NCBI GenBank assembly: GCA_907165135.1
Contig: OU015566.1
Location: 6,324,001 to 6,388,000 of the forward strand
Direction: 5' to 3'
From: Oikopleura dioica
Taxonomy: Eukaryota > Animalia > Chordata
Length of the DNA: 64,000 nt
The notes beneath the pieces are model-generated. The model was not told where the DNA came from. It made no database searches and saw only the letters and a list, made by a program, of their open reading frames with translations. The position numbers and the translations under genes were made by a program. Positions 23,944 through 39,900 of the stretch are shown piece by piece. Positions within the stretch are counted from its first letter, which is position 1. Each line of letters begins with the position of its first letter.

Positions 23944-25294
23944 TAGCAAAGGCCTGTTTCCATTCAATTAGATGTTTGCCCATGACTTCGTGTTTTGTCG
24001 TTGGAGCCATTTGTTCGTTCCCAGGCTGCAAAAAACACAACCATCCCAAAAAATAATTCTTTCTGTAAAATTCAAAAACCCTTTCTTTCCTTCCTTATTT
24101 TCAGAGAGGCTCAGAGAAATCGAGCACTGGCGAAAAGCTCTTGGAAAATTCGATGACGCAACAGGCGAAAGGGCCGACTTGGACACGAGTTCTGACGATT
24201 GTACTGTATTTAATCTTCGCCAGTTTGCCAGCACTTTCTTTCGCCATCTTTTATTCGTCCTTATGGGCAACGGTTTTTGAACTTTTTCATTTGCTAATTG
24301 CGCGTAATGATAGTTTATGCCTGGGCTTGATTTTTGATTGGCTAAGTGAGAGAAAGAGTGAGATCTGATAGGCTGGGGGTGCTCAAAGCTATTTATTTTA
24401 GATTTTGTCCTCCCTAGCCTAGGGTGGGCGATATTTTCAAAGCCATTTGGTACCTAGCCATTCAGCATCCCCCCAACATTTGCCCCCCTTTCGGCCAATC
24501 AGATACTAATATTTTACGCTCGAGCCAATCAAAGGACGCCAGACCCCCAGAATTCCCCCTCTCCCTCGTCCTGGGGGCATAGCCCCCTGGGTTAGGTTTA
24601 GGGTTAGGGGCAGCCCGAATGATAACCTCCTACTACCCCCTTGTTCGGCCTACCATAGGCCGTACCATCATAAGGACCTAAGTATTTTCGAATTTCTCGT
24701 TAACGAACACCCAAAAACCGAAAAACAGACCGGGACCATGAACTTCGAACGGGAGAACGAAATGACGAATTCATCCCTTGCAATGCCCGCGGGCGGCCGC
24801 CTGCATCGCTCGCTGTAGAAGAAGCCACCTCCTCTTCATCCCTCTTCTTTTCTTCACTAGTGTTTTATTTCTTCTCGACCCGCATTATTTTATTATTTTC
24901 TTCAATTCGTTTTCTTGAGTTTCTTCCTCCCTTATTTTCCTTCCTCGCTCGTTTTTACTTATTTTGATAGTCCAACTTTTGACTTTTACCTCCAAAAAAC
25001 AAACAAACAAATAATATACAAAATTTAAACAGAATCTTCTTCCTTGATTTCAATTTTCAAAACTTGATTTCAACTTTTTTTTTCTTCAATTTTATTTTTC
25101 TTTTTGCGACATTTTTTATCTCATCTGTCTTATAAATATGCTTAGAACAAGCGCTGCAAAAGTACTTAAAAATCTTAAAAATTAAAAACAAAAAGGTGGG
25201 ACGCCTTTTTGTCCCACCTTTTTGTTTTTTAACAAAAAAATCAAAAAAGGACGTTTTTTCAAACGAAAAATCTTCAGAAAGCCAAAAAGCTATC

Positions 25295-25956
25295 ATGTCC
25301 GCCCCAGCACCATCGAAAGAAGAAATTGTTCAGCATTTCCAAAACCTCTGCGGACAACAGGTTTGTCGTTATTTGAGCTAAGCAAGCTGCGTGGAAACCT
25401 GAGTCAGGTAAGCGTTAGGTTTAGGTTCTTGCTGAAATTTTATCAAGACCCTGACTTAAGTTTCTTCACAGAGCTGAGCTGAAACTATTGATCGGTTTCT
25501 CCATGAATATCAATATTACCATCCTTTCTAGCGACAGTACCAAGGAAAACTCGCCGAGCTCCGACAAGAAAAAGGCGAGCACGAGCTTGTCGCTGCCACT
25601 CTCAAGGATGCGGACTCCAGCCGAAAAGCCTGGCGACTTGTCGGTAAATATCAATCATATTTTCCTGCCTTTAAGACGTTTGTAGGTGGCGTTTTGACGG
25701 AACGAACTGTCGGAGAAATCCTCCCAGCTCTGGAAGAACAAATCAAGGGACTCACCGAAATCATGGAGAAAATCCAAACGGCCATGAACGACAAGGCCAA
25801 AGGTAAATCGTCTTTTGCCCGATCCTCCTCGTTGATTGCAAATTTTCAGAAATCACGGCCTACCGAGAAAAGCACCAGATCATGGTCAAGGGAATGGCCG
25901 CTTCCGGACCCGCCACTGGCTCTGGACAGGGCAAATCCGGCGTCTTAGTCCAATAA
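25295..25956 (+). CDS. PFDN2: Prefoldin subunit 2 (4 exons)
   Basis: MSAPAPSKEEIVQHFQNL...EKGEHELVAATLKDADSSRKAWRLV|GGVLTERTVGEILPAL...EITAYREKHQI...GKSGVLVQ*. Confidence 0.9.
25381..25480. mobile_element. Degenerate MITE family A copy in PFDN2 intron 1
   Basis: AAGCTGCGTGGAAACCTGAGTCAGG ... CCCTGACTTAAGTTTCTTCACAGAGCT. Confidence 0.6.
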
Positions 25957-26110
25957 ACAACATTAAACTACTTTCTTCTCCAACCATAGAAGTTCGCAGA
26001 TTAGCGCAATCTGTATCTCATCAACCGCTCCGAAAATTTAAAACTGGTGTCTTTACAAACAAACGAAAATGCCGAAGAATATTCTTTCTGTCCTTTCTTC
26101 TTTGCTTGTT

Positions 26111-27300
26111 TTATCCTTTTAGTCTTCTTTGAAAATTATCAATAAAGTGACCTTTATTTCGATTAAAAAAGGTTAGATAACATTTTACTAACCCGTTTTT
26201 GAATTTTTTACGAGTTGTGTTACGTTTGAACATACATTTGTGCATTGCAGGAATTTGCACTTTCAGCACTTTTTTTCTGTATTTTACGAGTTGCGCGGTC
26301 AGCACCAGCCTGGTGATTTTCTGTTCCCGAGTTAATCTCGGCCAGCTTTTCGCCTCTGTAAGGGGCATCAGAAAGTACCATTTTAAAAATCGCGTTCCTA
26401 AATTTTTTTGAATTTCCATTTTTGCAAGACAACCTCGATCGAAGGAACAAGTTATTGGAATTTTATATTATATATTTCTTTCATTCTGAAAGTGAACAGA
26501 AAAATTTTAACTTGGAGAGTATTCTGAACAGCAACTTTGATCTTTTCCACATTTATATTATGAAAATATTGATAAATTTTTAAGGTATTAATAGTTTTTT
26601 TAGTCATTAAGAAGCTTAATAAATAAGAAATAGTATCAACAGACTCAGTGCTCAGCAACCTGTGTAGAAAACCTGAGTCAGGGTCTGAAAGCGGTTGAAA
26701 AGCCGCTTTAAAATGGCCCTGATTCATGATCACAACACAGGGCGCAAGCACATGGTTTCTAAAGCAGAAATATCAAAGTACAGTTTCGTCTTTTTTTCTT
26801 CATTTTCTACCTCCCCTCCGCCGCTGCTTGAGCGAATCCTTCTCGTGCAATCCGCTCTATGAGCTCTTGCTCCAGCTCTTTGAAAGTGACATAAGTGGCT
26901 TGCTCATCTTGTTCAAGAAATTCAATCATTTTTGTCAAATTTTTCGCTGCTTTTTTTTAATTCTCTTCTGAGAACTGCGATGATGATCAGCGTCTAAATC
27001 GCGGGGCAATAAAAAAGTGAAAGTTATTTTCGAATGTCGTTACGAACAATAAATGGTATCGATAAATGGTATCTGTCGGGCTCTATTACTTTTGGCTGAG
27101 TCTGGCAGCTCTCTTGGGACTTCTCTGAGTCTTACTGTCTATTTTTAGCGAAAAGGATGGCCTCTGGCAGGAGCAACAGGCGAAGAGTGCAAATTATGGA
27201 CGACGATTATTTTGAAAACTCTGTCGTCCCGGCCTTGAAGAAATAGACTTTTACTTTTCTAAGCATTTTTTCTTCCTGGTTCTCAGTCTGTCTGCTTTTT
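26111..27300 (-). CDS. Uncharacterised multi-exon gene (boundaries uncertain)
   Basis: Exons joinable with GT-AG: ...RLSQK|TLIIIAVLRRELKKSSENLTKMIEFLEQDEQATYVTFKELEQELIERIAREGFAQAAAEGR|NHVLAPCVV. No family recognised. Confidence 0.4.
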
Positions 27301-27957
27301 CTAGGGCAAAACTGGTTGAAATAAAAAAAATATTTAATTTTTTTCGAAGATTCTGGAGAATCGTACTATTATTACTGTCAACATTTGAAGCGAAAGACCC
27401 GAGGACATATCGCCTCCCAAAATAAAAGGGTTTGTTTTTGCAAAAATACGTTTTTACGTCAATTCGCTTGAATTATGAAATTAGCTTATGAACCCAAATG
27501 AGAGTTCAACTATTGCTGACATCGTAAAATACGGCCAAAATGACACAAGAAAAGACTCTTCTCTTAATGACACGCCTTTATAATTACGAATGGGTATTTT
27601 AGCGCCCGAATTACCATGTTAGTTCGGAAAAATATGTCCTGAAAGTCAAAATTACTTGGAGGCACAAGTTGCTTTGGAGACGAGTCGCGTTAAACTAGCT
27701 CCTATCCGAAGTATGATCTAATAAAACTTCACTATCATTGGATGTACATAGAAACGATCGCAGTCGTTGAAAAGCATTCTTTAATTTCAGCTTCGCATTT
27801 TCGCGATGACTCTACCATTTGAGGTCAATCGGTCTTATAAAAATTGCATTATCAGTTTAAAATTGGTGAACGTAACCATGCAATTCCGTATTTTGCATTT
27901 CAAGTTTTCAATCGAGTTTTTGCATTCATTATTTTTCAATTTTTCTGATTGTCAAAA

Positions 27958-28767
27958 ATGAAATTGAACACTAAAGAGAAGCTTTTTTGTGCAAGGAATG
28001 TTTCAATAGACATTTTTGATTGATCGAGAGATTAAAAAAAAAATTCTGAAACTGAACAAGTCTTCTTTGGACTCTTCTGACTGGTTTATCTCTAGCATTG
28101 GCCGTTTTCTATGTGCATCGGCTTATTTGGATCGATTTCATTCCAGCTGGGTTTGGCAACCTGAGTAAAGAACCTGAGTCAGGCTCTGGGAGAGCTAAAA
28201 TAAAAAGATGCGTGGCGGCTTTTTCAAAAACGAACGTATATAATTTATAGCTCTTCCAGAGCCTGACTCAGATTTTTTACTCAGGTTGCCGAGCCCTGCA
28301 TTCCAGGTTCTGGAAGCAGCCTTGTCGTTGCGGAAGTGTGGATGATCGCTGATGCCGTTGCGATTTTTGTTGGGAGCATTATTGGGATAAGCGGCTTTCT
28401 GGGAATGTTTTCTCGTTGCGCGAAAAATGTTCATCTCTTTTTTATTTTCTACTGGTTGACATGGATAGCTGTAAGAATTAAACTCTTTTTAAGATTGAAA
28501 ATGTTTAAGAATCTCTTGGTTGGTGTTCCGTATGCTTGCTTTCTCATCGCCGGAAGCATCACGGTTTTTTTACTGTACCCCGACATTTCTGACGAAGGTA
28601 TACTCTCATTTCACGGCGAAATTTGGGTTTACTACCTGCTCGGAATTATAATCATGATTCTCGGAATATGTTTGCTGATTAATTTCATTTATGCTCTGAT
28701 TTTATGCCCTCGATACTGTTGCTCGAAACGAAAAAACACCGTCAAACCTCTGGAAGAAAAAAATTAA
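27958..28767 (+). CDS. Small four-transmembrane protein (tetraspan-like topology, family unassigned)
   Basis: Model MKLNTKEKLFCAS|LLWTLLTGLSLALAVF...IPA|GSGSSLVVAEVWMIADAVAIFVGSIIGISGFLG...|NLLVGVPYACFLIAG...YYLLGIIIMILGICLLINFIYALILCP; at least four hydrophobic segments. Confidence 0.6.
28149..28296. mobile_element. MITE family A copy filling almost an entire intron
   Basis: Inverted arms of about 45 bp: GGGTTTGGCAACCTGAGTAAAGAACCTGAGTCAGGCTCTGGGAGAGCTA and TAGCTCTTCCAGAGCCTGACTCAGATTTTTTACTCAGGTTGCCGAGCCC. Confidence 0.85.
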
Positions 28768-29124
28768 GAATCATGTTCTGAATAAATTTCATGGCAGAAA
28801 AAAATAATTAGCAAAAATGTCTGTGCGGAGAATTGAAATTATCCAGCTTTATTATAGATCATAACTTATGATTACTTCGAAGTCTACTACTCGCGGAGTA
28901 ACAGACTTTCCTTGACCTAAATATTCTCAAAATTTAGTTGCTCTCGATACCGGTATTTGAGAATCGTTTCTTTTAATAACGCGATGATTTCAAAGAAATC
29001 GGTCGACATGGAGATATGCGCAATTTAGTTGCACTGATTATTTGGGAATCATAATTTTTATAACGCCAGCTCTATTTATGCGCTCCTTTCTCGCTCATGT
29101 CGAGCAGAATTCTCTCTTCAAATC

Positions 29125-30785
29125 ATGAAATTTCTATTTCTATTTTGGAGATTTTTTCTTGGCTCTTTCGCCTTTGAGATAACAAAAACTTGCCCGTAAG
29201 AGTCTCAAAATTTTTAAAAGGTTACTCTACAAAACTAGGGATTTGGATTTGGGAACTGAGTGCGACGCGTCATGCAGGTTTGAATTCATCCAGTGTCGCG
29301 AAAATTGCGCAGATGCGATTTGTGAGAATGAGTGCGTCGCAACTTACACAGGTTTTTACACAGAATTAACTCAGAAAAATGATAAATTTTATAAAGCCTG
29401 CTCTGCTGGATGTCCTTGCTACAGTAATTGCCCAGATGGCTGCGAAAACTGCGAACATCCTATCTGTTACTGCAAGAGCCCGCAAATAGACAATCCGAAT
29501 TACCAGCGTTGTGTAAAAGATGCCCGCGATGAGTTCGATGAGTGCGTTGAAGACTGCTCTGCTGCTCAAACTTGCTTTGAAAGTTGCTTTGAGTTCTTTC
29601 AAAATGCCACGGATAAGTGCCCTTGCATGAGTGCTTGTCCCAACGGTTGCCCTTGCGATGGTCAGCCTGGCTATCATTGCGAACCGTTCATTACCCATAT
29701 TTGTCAACGAACAACCGAAAACTGGTCAACTTTTCCGAGCTACGTAATTTCTGCTGATGGTCAGTTCAAAGAAGACAGATTCTACTTTCAACCTGAAACT
29801 GATAAACAAAATTATTTGGAAACGACACTTCATGCGTCTCTCAACGGAATCATATATTTATTTGGCGGAAAGTCTAATAGGAAAAAAGTAAATTTTTTCA
29901 TCTTGAAAGCCTCTTTACCCTTAGGCTTTAGATCGCCAAAATCGATGGATGTACGATCGAAGAGTTGCCTGTAGTACTTACCTACAACTACGACCACCAC
30001 AGCAGCATAGTCACAGTCCCAACGAACCCAAATGAAATAATGCTTTGCGCAGGTCGTGACCAGATATCAGGTCCTTATACAGTATGCGAAGATTTTGACG
30101 GAGAGAGGACTGTGGTCAGTCCGTTTACTCTGAATTCGGAGCATGATACTGGATGCATGGCGTTGTACCAAAATCTCTATCCAATTATAATCGGCGGCGG
30201 GCCAAACTCGCATCCTCTATCTGACAAAGTGGAAATGCTCGGACTTAGTGGCTGGCATTACGAGGCGAATCATCCACGCGCTCTCCGAAGTATGGCCTGC
30301 ATTGCCTTTGAAGATGGAACGCTTACGATTGGCGGAGATTTGACTGTCGACAATATTCAAGACAGAAATTTCATAAATGATGTTTATCACTTCGTCAACG
30401 GAGTTTGGAAATTTGCTGGAAAGCTTCAACAAGTTTTCTCAAAAAATTCACGACTCAATTACTAATTATTTATTTTCAGCCTATTGGGATGCCATCAGTC
30501 ATCGCTTTTGACGACTACTTTATCTCCTTTAGCGGCTTTCACTCAAATTTTACCGGGTATTTATGCGAAAACAGACTCGAGAACGTACTAGTCAAAACTT
30601 ATTTAAGAGAGTATCCAGTTGAAAGAGCGAATTGGAACGGAACTCACGTGACTTCTACAACCATTCTCACAACTCACGAATACGAGTGTCACAAACCAAT
30701 CCTCTTCGAATCAGCACCAGATGTTTGTTCTGACTCCTGCGATGACTTGTGCCAGGACTTTTGTTTTCCAACTGTTGAGCTTTAG
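29125..30785 (+). CDS. Secreted Cys-rich repeat plus Kelch-like repeat protein, member A
   Basis: Signal-like MKFLFLFWRFFLGSFA; CPCYSNCPDGCENCEHPIC and CPCMSACPNGCPC repeats; GG-containing blades (YLFGG, IIIGGG, LTIGG). Confidence 0.7.
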
Positions 30786-31054
30786 AAAAAAGCTGTGTTA
30801 CTGCTACTCTTTTATTTAAAAAAAGTCAAAAAGAGCAATAAATATTTTTTCAAGCAAAAATTTTAGCATTTTTCTTTTGTCCCAAAAATTATCTATCTTC
30901 TTGATTGCCAAATTAAAAACGCGTTAAATTGTGAAGCTCAATGACAATGAGCAGACGGAAGAAAATTAACGTACAGCTCGTTAATTCGACTTTATGACCT
31001 AAGCCAGAGTTCGGAAACAACAAGCTTAACTATTAACTTAATTTTCCAGCGAAA

Positions 31055-32278
31055 ATGAAAGAAAACGCAGCAATTATATTTTCTTGCCTTTTACTCGTTG
31101 CATATTTTTACATAAACGAAATCGAGGAAAAGCTGTCGGAAATCATGAGAAAGGAAAAAATCAAAATGCGAGAGGAAGAAGAAGAAGGCACTTTTCAGTT
31201 CAGAGAAACAGCGAAAACGCAAGAATCAGTCGAAGAAGGCGTCGGGCAGCAAAAAGTTTATGAAAAAAGATTGCCAGATTTCATCATAATTGGGATGCAA
31301 AAATGCGGAACGACAGCTTTAAAATACTATTTGGAAGTTCATCCGAATCTTCTAGCGCCAGACCGGGGAGAGATTCACTTTTTTGAGAAAGACGGCAATT
31401 TTAACAAGGTGATGAAACGCTCAGTAAATTTGCATTAACATTTTCAGGGAAAAGACTGGTACATCAGCGAAATGCCAAGTGCTGGTCCTGACTCCCTCGT
31501 CTTCGAAAAGACTCCCGATTACATGGCAGTCCCGATTGTTCCGAAAAGAATCTTCGAATTGAAACCTGATGTGAAGCTGATAGTAACAACTTGTGATCCC
31601 GTAAAACGAGCATTTTCAAATTTTTTGCATCTGACAAGCGTGGAAAGACCGATCGACGAAGTTGCTCCAGGAGTTCAATTTGTTATGAATTCAACTTTTG
31701 ATGAGGCCATTTTTGCAGCGCTGAAAAAATCTGTCGGCGAAAAAAATGCAAAGCTTATTTTTGAGAAGCCGGATGAAATCAACGAGGAGAAAAGAGAAGA
31801 AATAAGAGAGACATTTACTTCATTTGCGAGCAAAATTTGGGACGATAACAAGAAATTTCCCATGCCAGAAGGTCTCTTAGGCAGGGCTTCAAAATTGTAC
31901 TTCCATCGGTTATTTACCGCAAATAACCCGATTTACAACCCAAAAAGCCTGTTTCAAGTGAAAGGATACTACAAATTTCTCATCGAAAAATGGTCCCAAA
32001 TCTTCCCTCCCGAAAACATCCTCCCCCTAAACGGCACTCTTCTCTCATCCTCGCCCTGGAACGCCTCACGCCAAATAGAGGATTTCCTGGAAATAGAAAA
32101 CTTCCTGACAGAAGACAAATTTTCAAGAATCGAAGACACGAATTTTTATTGTATCAAAACAAATCGTAAAAAACGACCTTGTTCAAAACCTGGCGGCAAA
32201 AAAGGCCGTACTTTGGAAACGAAAATGAGCGAAAAAGCTCAGTATGCGCTTCGAGTATTTTATCATGCTCTTAGCTAA
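31055..32278 (+). CDS. Heparan-sulfate 3-O-sulfotransferase-like type II membrane protein
   Basis: N-terminal TM segment; 5'-PSB LPDFIIIGMQKCGTTAL; EIHFF; FEKTPDY; 3'-PSB TCDPVKRAFSNF; C-terminal KGRT. Confidence 0.82.
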
Positions 32279-32390
32279 TTTTTGCTTGTAAGAACTTTCA
32301 AAATTCTTTTACCATAATCTGCACTCACTGTATCTTTATTTCTTTATCCTTACAAAATATATATTTTCACAGCTTCGAATTTCTCAAATT

Positions 32391-35323
<2,933 letters not shown>

Positions 35324-35686
35324 TTTTCGCGGAAAAGCAAGATGAAACTCGTTATTGCGCCGTTACTAAAAGCGACCTTCCAAGGTCAAACAAATCTCAA
35401 ATGCTTATGAAACTTAAATGTCAAGCAGATTCGAGCGGTCTTTTTTAGGCGAGCTCAGAGTCAATAATTTTTTCATTTATTATTATTCCTTGACTCAGGT
35501 TGCCGAGCCCTACTCGAAGTTGTCTTCTCTTGAAATTTTCATGATGAAAATATCAGCTGATGGGTTGAGACGCGTATACGAAGTTGCTCTGCTGTTGAAA
35601 TTTTTAACTTGAAAAATGATTACACCTAGATTCTAGATCTGTTTGCTCTTTGAGACCGCTCTTACAAGTGATGGACAGATTCAAAA

Positions 35687-36928
35687 ATGGACTGCGAGGA
35701 GAAAGAAGAAGATACTCGGCCGATCGCTTTTCGAGTTGAAATCAACGAAGAAACCAGAGAGCACTTTCTCAAATATGCAAGAGAATCAGGCCTCGTATGT
35801 ATTCATAACTCTTCGATAGACTCATGTCTTTTTGAAGGACAAAATCAAGCCAGAAGACGACTATTTCAGCACCTCCGATGAAGAAGAACATGCTCCAGGA
35901 GACTCGAGAAATTTAGCAAAACAAATCGCAAATCACTTTGATGGAATTCTCCTTCGACCTCATAAAACAAAAGTAAATCGCTTTTTTTCTAGAGAAATTA
36001 ATTCAGACAAAATTTTCAGTGTGATAAGTTCCTGGACTACTACCAAGTTTACGACGCTGAGAGCTTGATTGAATTCATTCCTGAAGACGAATTTGGGCCC
36101 GAAAAAGAACCGCCTCTAAAAGAACTTTGCTTGGAAGCTGCAAAAGAAGCCGCAATTGAAAACAAAGAACGATGGAAAGCTGAGAAGTTGAGGAAAAATA
36201 GGGAGCGGAAAAGAGAAAGAAGGAGAAAAGAGGCGGAAATGAAGATGCAACTTGCGGAGAATTTTAGCGGGAGGATTGTGGATCAAGATGTTGAAATGGC
36301 GGATGAAATGGATGACCAACCGGCGCAAAATTTCGTGGAAATGGAAGACGAAGAAATGGTCTCAGATTCAAGAAAGGGCTAAAAATTTGATTTCTTTCCC
36401 ACTAAATTGTTATGAGAAAAAGCCCTCTTTTTAGTTTTTCATCAACAGACAACGATCAAAAAGAGCTGCCAACGGAGCAGTTGCGGAAAATGAAAAATGA
36501 TAACAGGAAGCGCAGAATGCGACGAAAACCGATCATGACTGCGCTTTTCGGACAAGAAAACTCGGAACTCGATATCACGAAAAGAGACCTGAGAGATGCG
36601 TTTTGGAAGCGGAAAAATTATCTCAGAGATCTCAGGAAACTTTTCAAAAGCAAATATCAAATTCACTCTTCGTCGAAGAGTCTTCGACGCAGCTTCTGAA
36701 AATAAGAAAAGAACTCATCACTGGATAAACCCCGAAACGAACAAATTCTATCTTCTCCCATCCGACCGAAAGACCGAATCTCACTTTTCCAAGTTGCGGG
36801 AGTACTTTCAAACGCTAAAGAGAGAAAACAAGCCCGGAATTTATCTCTCACTGCCTGTAATTGATCAGACTCTTTCCTCTTCGTCGGACGAAGAAATGGT
36901 CGATGTTTCTGGAGATGTATTTGTTTAA
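35687..36928 (+). CDS. Uncharacterised charged protein (multi-exon; apparent frameshift near 36646)
   Basis: GT-AG joinable exons MDCEEKEED...GL|DKIKPEDDYF...KTK|CDKFLDYYQV...; basic RKNRERKRERRRK run; no family recognised. Confidence 0.5.
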
Positions 36929-36959
36929 TTTTATATTTTTTTGATTTTAATAAAACAGA

Positions 36960-39900
36960 TCGTAAAAAATTACACCTAGCCTCCACTTCTCTTTCTTTCT
37001 TCATCTTTCGGTCTTCTTGGACAGAAATTATATTCAGATAAAAATATTATCGGTTGAGGAATGAAGCTGCGATGGTTTCCGATAATCTCTGTTCTTAAAA
37101 CTTCATTGTTGTCTTTATTAAGGGATGCATACATTTCTATTTTCTGAATAATATTTCAATCCGATTTCCCTTGCCTAGAAAAATTCGCTGGATAGGATAC
37201 GCATATTCGCGGTTGTTGACACCAGGAAACATGTAGATTGTTTCTTCAATAAGTATAACAGATGAATGATATACTTGCTAGAATTATTTTTGAATATCAT
37301 CAAAACGCCAAGCCCGGAAGCTGACCTTCTGTAACGATGTCTTTTTTGCCCAGTCATCAAGCAGCACCCAAATTTCTTTTGAGTCCACTCCCTCATCAAA
37401 ATTCCATCCGCCGAGGGTCGCAATCGCTCCTGAAGGCAATCCGATGACGGAATGTTTATAGATGCATCTAAAAAGTCAAAGTTACTATTATAGGCGAGAT
37501 TGTTACGCATTTTACCTTGGATGTCGTTTTATCTCGCGCCAGCCTTCATCAGTCAGCATCTCAGAGTATCGACAATTAGTAGGTTTTCCAGAAATACGGT
37601 CATTCACTGGCTTGCCACCGATCGTTGTTGGTTGTCCTTTATAAAAGCCCATCCCACCTTCCCAGTGAATTTCCGTTGAATGGAAGGTATCGTTGGTTAC
37701 TCGCTCTCCGTCGAATATTTGACAAGCTTTTCCTGTTTTGCCGTCGAAGCAAACAAGTACTTTGAGGATAATCATGAAATGATTTTAGATAAATATCTAA
37801 CCATGAGTGTCGAAAACAGAGAGAAAGGAAGAGCCTGCTCCGAAAAAGTAAAAATTCAAAAAGTCGTCTATTTCGACGAGCTCACAGTGATCAGACAGTT
37901 TCGCAATCTATGATTTCCCACATGCGAAGAATAAAGATTGCTCTTACCTTCTCAGTGTCATAAGATCCTCCAAAAATGAAGAGTTGGTCCTTCAATACCG
38001 CATAACCGGCTAGATGGAGATATTCGGCAAGGGTGCCGGTGTACTTTTTTAGGTGGGCGAATTTTTTCTTAAAATGATAGAAAACATAATCACACCATAA
38101 ATGAACGGATTTCGGGGGAAGAATTTTAATTTCGCCGATTGAACCATCTCCAAATAAGGCATATTGTCGTTCCTGCGTTTTTTCGGTTGAAAGGATATTT
38201 ATTTGACGCTGCTTGTATTTGAAGAAGCCCACGTTTTTTATCTTCGTCTCATCACCGAACTTGAAAACCCTAACTCGTTTGTCTGAAATCTTTTCCAGCC
38301 CATTCATTATTTTCGAAGCGAGCATTATCCCTTTTTCGTTTTGAATTTTTAACAACATGGAAGAATCTCTTCGCTCATCGAATCTAATTTCAAACGAGTA
38401 CAATGGATAGTTCAAAAAGAACAAATGAACATTTTCTTCGAAAAAATCCGATTTTAAACCAACAGAATCGTTTCGATGAAGCTGCATTTCGAAAATTGTC
38501 TGCCCAGTAAAAGATCGAAATTCGAGTATTTTCGTCGTTCTTTCAACTTCTTTGCATTTACTGATTTGAAAATTTAGTTTTCTTGTCTGATCGAAATCAA
38601 GCTCGAATGAAGAAATATGATCGAACTCGACGAAAGAGCGAAACGACGAATCTGGCACGATTACCAAAGGAAAGGGAGGACTGAAACTGCTTGCTGAACG
38701 AGGAAAAAGGGGCTGGGAAGCGAGATTCTTAGCGAAAGATGGAAACACATCATCGTGAAAAGCGAAGAAGGGATTGGCCTTGACATGCATGAGATTTCGT
38801 GCTTTTTGCTGACGGAACTCGACTTCAATTAGATCTTTCAACTGATAGAAAAACAAAGTCGAATATCAAATAAAAATTTGGTTAAAGTTCTATCTCTCCT
38901 AAGTCAAAATGAACCTCAAAAGTTGCATCGAAGACCAAACTTTGAAGAAAGAATCGATCGTTGTTGAGAAAGGCGTTGATAAAATACTCACACTCGTCGT
39001 TGTTCATTCCAAACTCATTTGTATATGAGTAGTCGTTAGGAGCCATAAGTCCAGAGTAGCAATACGGCGGATGTTCGTATTTGACCAGAGATCCAATCCA
39101 CTCGTTGCCGAGCGTAAGGAACTTTCCTTCTTTTTCAAGCAACAAGGAGTACATCATATTTGAAAGAACAATACTCCTGGTAACCAGAACGAGTAGCAAT
39201 CGCCCAAGATCGGTCTTTCTCTGGTTCTAGTCAAAATCATTCTATAGAGAGTCGTTGGTTGGGCAACCACTTATCCCCCGGTACTGCGGGCCGGTAGGAG
39301 TCCTAACAATCAGTCTCTAAGAACCGTTTTCAGAGGCACAACATGAACCAAATCAAGATCCCTGAACTCGACCGGTTTTGCGATCTCGTCCTTTCGCCAT
39401 CCTTTCTCGAGTTCTTCACTTTTTCTGATCCGATTAAGCGCGACGGTCTTTGATATTTTGATCCACCCATCTCCGATTCTGATGCTCATCAGGTAGAAAA
39501 TCCCACCAAAACTTATTGAAGATACTTTTGCGTTGATATGATTGCTTGCGATGTAGCCTTGAGCAGTTTCAAATCGATTCAAATTGTAATCAGGGGCGTA
39601 GTAGTAGCATTTGTCATTTCTCTTCGAAGGAGAGCAAATAACGACAACGGGAAAGACACTTTTTCCATGGTCTTTTCTTCTTATTTGAATATGATGATTT
39701 CCAATGGAAGAGGAAAAATGAAACATAAAGTAGCCAGTGCTAAAGAATCATAAGCGAATTTGATGATAACAGTACCCTTGAAAGTTTCTGTTTCGAATAA
39801 ACAAAACGGTCTCTCCATTCTCGATAACTCGTTTCAGATTACCCTTTGCATCTACCAGGTAATGATGTCCGTTGAGAAAAGAAGCTCCAATGACCTTCAA

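Noticed and set aside
23694-24860. Possible small gene on either strand between SBF and PFDN2
   Set aside because: Several 75-120 aa ORFs overlap and partly translate a MITE; I could not build a consistent spliced model or recognise a motif.
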